Below, piece by piece: positions 55,009-64,000 of a stretch of DNA of 64,000 bases. This stretch comes from Macrostomum lignano. Lineage: Eukaryota. Position numbers and translations under genes: made by a program. Position 1 is the stretch's first letter, and each line of letters starts with the position of its first letter. The stretch spans positions 62,001 to 126,000 of the forward strand of contig NIVC01001167.1 of assembly GCA_002269645.1 (NCBI GenBank). The letters are read 5' to 3'. The notes beneath the pieces were generated by a model. It saw only the letters and a list, made by a program, of their open reading frames with translations. It had not been told where the DNA came from and made no database searches.

Positions 55009-55760
55009 TACATGGCTTCATTTGGCCTTTGCCGTCATTATAGAGAAGCGAGAGAACAGGAGGAGCTCAAGGCTAAAGTTTACCTTAACCTGTTTCACAG
55101 ATTTTCTGGCTGTTAAGAGAGAGGAAGAGAGAGAGCCATTTTGGGTCCCAGGAGCCAGGAATGACGCGGATCCGACTTTAAGATTTAAGAATGCATACAA
55201 AAATAGTTGCATCCAGGGTTCAAAATCCATTTGTGTTGGTACTTGTAGTGTATAGTAGATTTTGCTGCCTTAGAAAACTTATTTATATAATTAGCATTGG
55301 CATTGGCACTGATAAGAGGGTGAACAGTAATTATAATAACGCCTTGATAATGGTCATTACTTTTGACTTCAATTAGGCCTTATAGGTCAGGTCGTAAAAT
55401 AATTTTTACATCCACTTGTGCGGGACTCACAATTTAACTAACACCTGCATTTCAGGTAAAAATAGGGGCCATAAAATACTTGGGACACTATTTTTATACT
55501 TTTTAGTTTTTACGAATATATAGAGGTGAAGAGTCCTAAAGCAAACTACGGGCATAATATTATTATTACAATGCTTACTAATTAATGGCTGAATGATGAT
55601 TCAAACCAAGGAGAGACCACATGAGGCAGAAGGTGGAGTGGCCAACTTCTAAAATTTTTGTTTTGACAGGCACAGGCAGAACCTTTTTATTTTCTCACTA
55701 TACTATATAGTATGAAACTTAATAAAGTAGCACTATTATACTAAGTCTAAAAGCATTGGT

Positions 55761-56820
55761 AGCGTTGGGAATCGTCGAGAATCGTTGAGAATCGTTGGGA
55801 ATCGTCGAGAATCGTTGAGAATCGTTGGGAATCGTTGGGAATCGTTGGGAATCGTTGAGAATCGTTGAGAATCGTTGGGAATCGTTGAGAATCGTTGGGA
55901 ATCGTTGGGAATCGTTGGGAATCGTTGGGAATCGTTGGGAATCGTTGGGAATCGTTGGGAATCGTTGGGAATCGTTGGGAATCGTTGAGAATCGTTGAGA
56001 ATCGTTGGGAATCGTTGAGAATCGTTGGGAATCGTTGGGAATCGTTGGGAATCGTTGGGAATCGTTGGGAATCGTTGAGAATCGTTGAGAATCGTTGATA
56101 ATCGTTGATAATCGTTGGGAATCATTGGGTATCATTGGAATCGTTGAGAATCGCTGAGAATCGTTGGAATCGTTGAGAATCGTTGAGAATCGTTGGAATC
56201 GTTGAGAATCGTTGAGAATTGTTGGGAATCGTTGGGAATCGTTGGGAATCGTTGAGAATCGTTGAGAATCGTTGGAATCGTTGGGAATCGTTGAGAATCG
56301 CTGAGAATCGTTGATAATCGTTGGAATCGTTGAGAATCGTTGAGAATCGCTGAGAATCGTTGATAATCGTTGGAATCGTTGAGAATCGTTGAGAATCGTT
56401 GGGAATCGTTGGGGATCGTTGGGAATCGTTGGGAATCGTTGAGAAGCGTTGAGAATCGTTGGGAATCATTGGGAATCGTTGAGAATCGTTGAGAATCGCT
56501 GAGAATCGTTGGAATCGTTGAGAATCGTTGAGAATCGTTGGGAATCATTGGGTATCATTGGAATCGTTGAGAATCGCTGAGAATCGTTGGAATCGTTGAG
56601 AATCGTTGAGAATCGTTGGAATCGTTGAGAATCGTTGAGAATCGTTGAGAATCGTTGAGAATCGTTGAGAATCGTTGGGAATCGTTGGGGATCGTTGGGA
56701 ATCGTTGGGAATCGTTGAGAAGCGTTGAGAATCGTTGGGAATCATTGGGAATCGTTGAGAATCGTTGAGAATCGTTGGGAATCATTGGGTATCATTGGAA
56801 TCGTTGGGAATCGTTGGGAA
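55761..56820. repeat. 10-bp satellite (gaatcgttgg/gaatcgttga) with higher-order blocks
   Basis: About 105 units; marker gaatcattgggtatcattgg recurs at about 56120, 56543 and 56780. Confidence 0.95.
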
Positions 56821-57260
56821 TCTTTGAAAATCGGGAGATCGATATATTTCGTTTTTAATCTGGTCCGGTGATTTTTACTTTAATCAAGCGAGATGTAAAT
56901 AAGAAGTGGTCAGACTCCAAAGCTCTAGTTCAAGTTCTCGCTGGCTTAAATGAACTGTTATAGCTACTCTATGCGAGGACAAAGACCTCTGGCGATAAAG
57001 TTTTTGCAAAGTAGAGGCCTCTTGGTGGTGGTGGCACGGGGAAGGAACAGAGAGAATTTCATCCATCCATTCTAACAACAGGCACAACCATCCAATGAGA
57101 ACACGGAGACAGGTGAGGAGGAGAGGAGGGGCAACACAGGGGGCGGCTGGGGGTTGGGGATGGCAGCCAAACCAGCCTCACAATTCAATTCAGCCCCCCC
57201 CCCTTCCCAAATATCTTTTTATACCCCGAAAATGCGACCCACTTGCATAGAGAGAGACAG

Positions 57261-57267
57261 TATAAAA
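57261..57267 (+). promoter_or_regulatory. TATA box of the Ig-domain gene
   Basis: TATAAAA 84 nt upstream of the ATG at 57345. Confidence 0.5.
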
Positions 57268-57344
57268 GGGCAAAGTGGCAAAATTGAACTCGCTCTTATC
57301 GAAGTGAAAACGTGAATTTAAAAGACACACTGCACTGCACAGCA

Positions 57345-60331
57345 ATGCCCAGTCGTGGCGTATTCACGCTACTATCTTTGTATCTAATTCTAATAGGTAA
57401 GTTAAAATTCATTCATTTAATAAGTTATTTTCGCTGGATAAAAAACATTAGGTTCAGGTGTACCCAAGTACCTGTTGCGTGCATTTTTTTAACTTGTACA
57501 CTGTCCTCCATTGCGCAAAACTTGACAAGAGCGAACAGACTGGACTGGGTACCTCAGCAACAGATTACTTCATTCATAATCATGCGTAACCTCATAATAG
57601 GTAATCGATTTTAATTGTGGTCTGACTGGTCTCCCCAATGACCGTCTAATCTAAACTCACCAGTATAACAAGACGAGATTTCTGAGTTCAGGAGCTCTCC
57701 AGACAGTCTCCTTTTACTTGTTGTAGTAGGGCGGGCCAGGTAGACGAGACAGCAAAGGAAGGTTCTATTTTAAAGTTAAAATTTATATCAATAATTATTA
57801 CTTAGCTAATAAAGTAAATGCGTTCCCTTGTCTTCGCTATCCTATTCATATTGCTTGGTAAGTAAAATTTCTATCGGTATGTTTTCATGAAATTGCCTCC
57901 AGAGTTCCCTAGAACAGAAAAATCAGCCCCAAGAATTCCCCAGAGGAATCGCCACCCCCAGAATTCCCCAGAGGAATTCCCCCCAGAATTCCCCAGAAGA
58001 ATCGCCCCCAGAATTCCCCAGAAAAATCGCCCTATCCAGAATTCCCTAGAAGAATCGCCCCCAAGAATTCCCCAGAAAATCGCCACCTCCCAGAATTCCC
58101 CAGAGGAATCGCCACCCCCCAGAATTCCCCAGAGGAATCGCCACCCCCCAGAATTCCCCAGTGGAATCGCCACCCCCCAGAATTCCCCAGAGGAATCGCC
58201 CCCCCCCAGAATTCCCCAGAAGAATCGCCCCCAGAATTCCCGAGAAAAATCGCCCCATCCAGAATTCCCCAGAAGAATCGCCCCATCCAGAATTCTCCAG
58301 AAGAATCGCCCCATTCAGAATTCCCCAGAAAAATCGCCCCAAAATTCCCGAGAAGAATCGCCACCCCCCAGAATTCCTCAGAATAATCGCGCCTAGAATT
58401 CCCTAGAAGAATCACCACCCCAGAATTCCCCAGAAGAATCGCCACCCCCCAGAATTCCCCAGAAGAATCGCGCCTAGAATTCCCTAGAAGAATCACCACC
58501 CCAGAATTCCCTTAGAAAATCGCCACCCCCCAGAATTCCCTAGAAGAATCGCCCCCAGAATTCCCCAGAGAAATCGTGCGATGAATTTACAGATTGCGAC
58601 ATTAATTATTGTTAAAAATGTTTCTCAAATTTCATGTTCAAAACAATTTAGCATAACGTTATTTATCAATTTTGATGCAGCAGTTCTGGAAGATGCTGGC
58701 TTGGTCGCGGCTGGCAGCAAAGCTCGCCACAGTCAAAGGTCGAAACCCAAACTGAAACGCAACGAGGATAACTGGTGCACCAGCATAGAGCACGTCAGGA
58801 GCCCGCTAAGCTACACTTTGCGCAATGAATCAAACAAGATCATAATCGAATGCCCGGTCCGGGTGTTGCCAAGGCGGTCCCGCTGCCGGTTCAGAGTCCA
58901 GTGGTACAAGGACGGCCGGGCGATCCAGTTCGATCGGGCCGGCATCAGCCCGTGAGTGTGGGGATCGGGTTTGATGAATTCGGCTTTCTAAATGAGTTAT
59001 TTAGATCCCACCCAACTTTCAGATCCCATCCCACACTTGAAATCCCAAATCCCACACTTGAATTCCCAAATCCCAACTTTCAGATCCCATCCCACACTTG
59101 AAATCCCAAATCCCAACTTTCAGATTCCATCCCACACTTGAAATCTCCAATCCCACAGTTAAAATCCCTAATACCACACTCGAAATCCCACCCACACTTG
59201 AAATCCCAAATCCCAACTTTCAGATCCCACCCGCACCTTCGCCTGTACCGCCGCGGACGGCACCTGGCCTTCACTCGGGTTAAATTCTATCACGCCGGCA
59301 ACTACACCTGCCGAATCAGAAGTAACGAAATCTTCCCACCCGGGCCGGGTTGCCATGGCAACCAGCAGGATCCCATCTCTTGCTACCCGGCCAAATCGTT
59401 GAAGTTCATTAATCTGAGGGTATCGCCGGAGTCACACTCGGCAATCATCGACAGCATGCCGTACTATCCGCCTGACGAGCCCCGGCAGCTGCAGGAGGGC
59501 CGGCTGTACATGTCGCGGCTGCGAGATGGCTCCGAGATTGAGTTGCACTTCCGTGACGACCGGCAGGCTGATCCGTTCGACTGCCGCTTCATCTTGGCGC
59601 ACCGGCGCGGAACTCCGTTAGCTGGCGCTCCACGGGTTGTCTGGTCCCACAGCCCCGACCCCGGACCGAGCATCCGGCCCACCGAGTTCACTGCCTTGGG
59701 CCCGAGCTCTATCCATGGCTATTCAATTGAAGACCCGCGGCAGGTGGCCTGCAAACCTGAGGACTTCGGCTTCGCCTATCTGAGTGATGAGTGGCAGAAG
59801 TCCAGCCTGATGGCCACCTGCTACAGGGCGGGCCTGTCCGCTCTGCGGGTGAGCGACAGGTCTCACGGATACTACAGGTGAGTGAGCTGTGTGTGTGTGT
59901 GTGTGTCTGTCTGCCTGTCTGTCTGCCTGCCTGTCTGTCTGTCTGCCTGTCTGTCTGTCTGCCTGTCTGTCTGTCTGTCTGTCTGCCTATCTGTCTGTCT
60001 GTCTGCCTGTCTGTCTGTCTGCCTGCCTGCCTGTCTGTCCGTCTGTCTGTCTGTCTGTCCGCCTGTCTGCCTGTCTGTCTGTCTGTCTGCCTGCCTGTCT
60101 GTCTGTCTGTCTGCCTGCCTGTCTGTCTGTCTGTCTGCCTGCCTGTCTGTCTGTCTGTCTGTCTGCCTGTCTGCCTGTCTTTCTGTCTTTCTGTCTGTCT
60201 GTCTATCTGTCTGCCTGTCTATCTGGCTGTCTGTCTGTCTGCCTGTCTGTCTGTCTGCCTGTCTGTCTGTCTACCTGTCTGCCTGCCTGTCTGCCTGCCT
60301 GTCTGTCTGCCTGCCTGTCTGTCTGCCTGCC

Positions 60332-60364
<33 letters not shown>

Positions 60365-60645
60365 GCCTGCCTGTCTGCCTGTCTGTCTGCCTGCCTGTCT
60401 GTCTGCCTGCCTGCCTGTCTGTCTGTCTGTCTGTCTGCCTGCCTGTCTGTCTGCCTGTCTTTCTGTCTGCCTGTCTGTCTGTCTATCTGTCTGCCTGTCT
60501 ATCTGGCTGTCTGTCTGTCTGCCTGTCTGTCTGTCTGCCTGCCTGTCTGTCTGTCTGTCTGTCTGTCTGTCTGCCTGCCTGCCTGTCTGCCTGTCTGTCT
60601 GCCTGCCTGCCTGTCTGCCTGTCTTTCTGTCTGCCTGTCTGTCTG

Positions 60646-60682
<37 letters not shown>

Positions 60683-61411
60683 GTCTGCCTGTCTATCTGT
60701 CTGTCTGTCTGCCTGCCTGCCTGTCTGCCTGCCTGTCTGTCTGCCTGTCTGTCTGCCTGTCTGTCTGTCTGTCTGCCTGTCTGCCTGTCTGCCTGCCTGT
60801 CTGTGTCTGTCTGTCTGTCTGCCTGTCTGTCTGTCTGCCTGCCTGCCTGTCTGCCTGCCTGTCTGTGTCTGTCTGTCTGCCTGCCTGCCTGTCTGTCTGT
60901 CTGCCTGTCTGCCTGTCTGTCTGCCTGTCTGTCTGTCTGTCTGTCTGTCTGTCTGCCTGTCTGTCTGTCTGCCTGCCTGCCTGCCTGTCTGTCTGTCTGT
61001 CTGTCTGTCTGCCTGCCTGCCTGTCTGTCTGTCTGCCTGTCTGCCTGTCTGTCTGCCTGTCTGTCTGTCTGTCTGTCTGTCTGCCTGTCTATCTGGCTGT
61101 CTGTCTGTCTGCCTGTCTGTCTGTCTGCCTGTCTGTCTGTCTACCTGTCTGCCTGCCTGTCTGCCTGCCTGTCTGCCTGCCTGTCTGTGTCTGTCTGTCT
61201 GTCTGCCTGTCTGTCTGTCTGCCTGCCTGCCTGTCTGCCTGCCTGTCTGTGTCTGTCTGTCTGCCTGCCTGCCTGTCTGTCTGTCTGCCTGTCTGCCTGT
61301 CTGTCTGCCTGTCTGTCTGTCTGCCTGCCTGCCTGTCTGCCTGCCTGTCTGTGTCTGTCTGTCTGCCTGCCTGCCTGTCTGTCTGTCTGCCTGTCTGCCT
61401 GTCTGTCTGCC

Positions 61412-61445
<34 letters not shown>

Positions 61446-61921
61446 CCTGTCTGCCTGCCTGTCTGTCTGCCTGCCTGTCTGTCTGCCTGTCTGTCTGCCT
61501 GCCTGTCTGTCTGCCTGCCTGCCTGCCTGCCTGTCTGTCCGTCTGTCTGTCTGCCTGTCTGTCTGTCTATCTGTCTGCCTGTCTGTCTGTCTGCCTGTCT
61601 GTCTGTCTACCTGTCTGCCTGCCTGTCTGCCTGCCTGTCTGTCTGCCTGTCTGTCTGTCTGTCTGTCTGTCTGCCTGCCTGTCTGTCTGCCTGCCTGCCT
61701 GTCTGTCTGTCTGTCTGTCTGCCTGCCTGCCTGTCTGCCTGTCTTTCTGTCTGCCTGCCTGTCTGTCTATCTGTCTGCCTGTCTATCTGGCTGTCTGTCT
61801 GTCTGCCTGTCTGTCTGTCTGCCTGCCTGCCTGCCTGTCTGTCTGTCTGTCTGTCTGTCTGCCTGCCTGCCTGTCTGCCTGTCTGTCTGCCTGCCTGTCT
61901 GCCTGTCTGCCTGTCTGTCTG

Positions 61922-61954
<33 letters not shown>

Positions 61955-61973
61955 GTCTGTCTGTCTATCTGGC

Positions 61974-62014
<41 letters not shown>

Positions 62015-62350
62015 GTCTGTCTGTCTGTGTCTGTCTGCCTGTCTGTCTGCCTGCCTGTCTGCCTGCCTGTCTGTCTGCCTGTCTGTCTGCCTGTCTGTCT
62101 GTCTGTCTGCCTGTCTGTCTGCCTGTCTGTCTGTCTGTCTGCCTGTCTGCCTGTCTGCCTGCCTGTCCGCCTGCCTGTCTGTGTCTGTCTGTCTGTCTGC
62201 CTGCCTGCCTGTCTGCCTGCCTGTCTGTGTCTGTCTGTCTGTCTGCCTGTCTGTCTGTCTGTCTGTCTGCCTGCCTGTCTGTCTGTCTGCCTGCCTGTCT
62301 GTCTGTCTGTCTGCCTGTCTGTCTGCCTGTCTGTCTGCCTGTCTGTCTGC

Positions 62351-62381
<31 letters not shown>

Positions 62382-62633
62382 CCTGTCTGCCTGCCTGTCT
62401 GTCTGCCTGCCTGTCTGTCTGTCTGCCTGTCTGTCTGCCTGCCTGTCTGTCTGCCTGCCTGCCTGTCTGTCTGTCTGCCTGTCTGTCTGCCTGCCTGTCT
62501 GTCTGCCTGCCTGTCTGTCTGCCTGTCTTTCTGTCTGCCTGTCTGTCTGCCTGCCTGTCTGTCTGCCTGCCTGCCTGTCTGTCTGTCTGTCTGTCTGTCT
62601 GTCTGCCTGCCTGCCTGTCTGCCTGCCTGTCTG

Positions 62634-62670
<37 letters not shown>

Positions 62671-63277
62671 GCCTGCCTGCCTGTCTGCCTGCCTGTCTGT
62701 CTGTCTGTCTGTCTGCCTGCCTGTCTGTCTGTCTGTCTGTCTGATCAATGCACCTGTCCGCCACCCAGGTGCTCGGTGAGCTATCAAAACAGCACCCTGG
62801 TAGAGCAGTTCCGCCTGGGCTTCTCAGCCGACCTGTCACTCAAAGCGAAGCCGCAGGGCCCGCTGGAGCCAGCCGTGGACTTCACCAAGAACTCCTCCGT
62901 GTGCCTTGGCGGCCGGCTGGAACTGGACTGCGTGGTGTCACCAGCCGCCGCCTCCGTGGTGCTGGCCAGAGTCTACGAGCCACAGCTAGACGCTTTTGGA
63001 GAAATTGTGAAGTACAAGAAGGTCGACCACCTGGTGGCGTACTGGTACCCGGAGGGGCTGGAGTCCAACGGCAGCAAGACGGCATCGGTGACCGTGGGCT
63101 CACGAGACATCCGAGTCAAGCTGGTGATGGACAGCGTGACAGCAGATCAAGACGGCTACTATATCTGCGCCGCTGAAGCCAAAGGCTTTCGAAGACCTGC
63201 GCTCAAATATTCTCGTCTCGACGTGATTCCAGACTGCGTAGTCGGGGAGGCGGCTTCGAGACTGAGCGCTGTGGCTG
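57345..63277 (+). CDS. Signal-peptide, three-Ig-domain protein, possibly FGFR-like (FGFRL/nou-darake type), 3'-partial; exons 57345-57396, 58681-58951, 59224-59877, 62769-63277
   Basis: MPSRGVFTLLSLYLILI signal; IECP...VQWYKDG...HAGNYTC; FDCRF...GYYR|C; NSSVCLGGRLELDCVV...DGYYIC. Phases 1, 2, 2 match; a further phase-1 donor at 63278. Confidence 0.85.
57895..58575. repeat. Degenerate minisatellite (ccccagaattccccagaagaatcgcc), Ig-gene intron 1
   Basis: Tandem units; same family at 63520-63545 and 63950-64000. Confidence 0.92.
58985..59223. repeat. ~40-bp repeat containing copies of the splice acceptor, Ig-gene intron 2
   Basis: aatcccaactttcagatccca recurs, with AG at 59021, 59082, 59122 and 59222. 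Confidence 0.9.
59884..62742. repeat. 2.86-kb (TCTG/CCTG)n microsatellite filling Ig-gene intron 3
   Basis: Tetranucleotide tract from just after the donor to about 25 nt before the acceptor. Confidence 0.97.
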
Positions 63278-63304
63278 GTGAGTTCAGAAGGCTCTGCGTG
63301 AATC

Positions 63305-64000
63305 TTGAATCCCCCAGATTCCCCTGAATCCCCCAGATTTCCTAGAGTCCCCCAGATTCCCCTGAATCCCCCAGATTCCCCTGAATCCCCCAGATTTCCC
63401 GTGAATCCCCCAGATTCCCCTGAATCCCCCAGAGATTCCCCTGAATCCCCCAGATTTCCCGTGAATCCCCCAGATTCCCCTGAATCCCCCAGAGATTCCC
63501 CTGAATCCCCCAGATTCCCCAGAATACCCCAGAAGAATCGCCCCCAGCGTTGGGAATCGTTGAGAATCGTTGGGAATCGTTGAGAATCATTGGGAATCGT
63601 TGAGAATCATTGGGAATCGTTGAGAATCGTTGGGAATCGTTGGGAATCATTGGGAATCGTTGAGAATCGTTGAGAATCATTGGGAATCGTTGAGAATCGT
63701 TGGGAATCGTTGAGAATCGTTGAGAATCGTTGGGAATCGTTGGGAATCGTTGGGAATCGTTAAGAATCGTTGAGAATCGTTGGGAATCGTTGAGAATCGT
63801 TGGGAATCGTTGAGAATCGTTGGGAATCGCTGAGAATCGTTGGGAATCGTTGAGAATCCACAGATTCCCTTGAGTCCCTCAGATTCCCCTGAATCCCTCA
63901 GATTCCCCTGAATCCCTCAGATTCCCCTGAATTCACAGAAAAATTACCGCCTCCCAGAATACCCAGAAGAATCGCCCCCAGAATTCCCCTAAAGAATCGC
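63305..64000. repeat. Mosaic of cagattcccctgaatcccc, gaatcgttg(g/a) and gaattcccc/gaatcgcc repeats, Ig-gene intron 4
   Basis: Three repeat families abut directly. Confidence 0.92.

Noticed and set aside
59791-63327. 1178-aa, 965-aa and 951-aa ORFs
   Set aside because: Read-through of the (TCTG)n intron; only 62769-63277 is a real exon.

Overview
Eukaryotic (animal) genomic DNA with GT-AG introns; no prokaryotic genes or CRISPR arrays. Nearly every large intron is filled by its own micro- or minisatellite, and the proteins are Q/P/A-rich, which suggests a free-living flatworm such as Macrostomum (inference). Six genes can be rebuilt exon by exon with matching splice phases: GK5 (+, 5' end outside the window), a secreted antistasin-type Cys-rich protein (-), PTF1a (+, 8.7-kb intron), Derlin-2/3 (-), HIPK (+, one unresolved junction) and an FGFR-like multi-Ig protein (+, 3' end outside the window). 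Most long ORFs in the track are tandem-repeat artefacts. Top items: (1) a 299-bp hAT-type MITE with a perfect 8-bp TSD carrying a 64-bp 28S rRNA fragment centred on, and altered at, the R2/Pokey/I-PpoI target site; (2) six histone-3'-stem-loop-like elements with no histone gene nearby; (3) a coiled-coil + BEN-domain cassette followed by a Penelope-type hammerhead-ribozyme remnant inside Derlin intron 1; (4) a mariner derivative with 198-bp TIRs and only the DNA-binding domain; (5) a hidden, decayed EETAP-repeat membrane-protein-like frame antisense in the PTF1a intron. All alignments and counts were done by eye; repeat boundaries are approximate.
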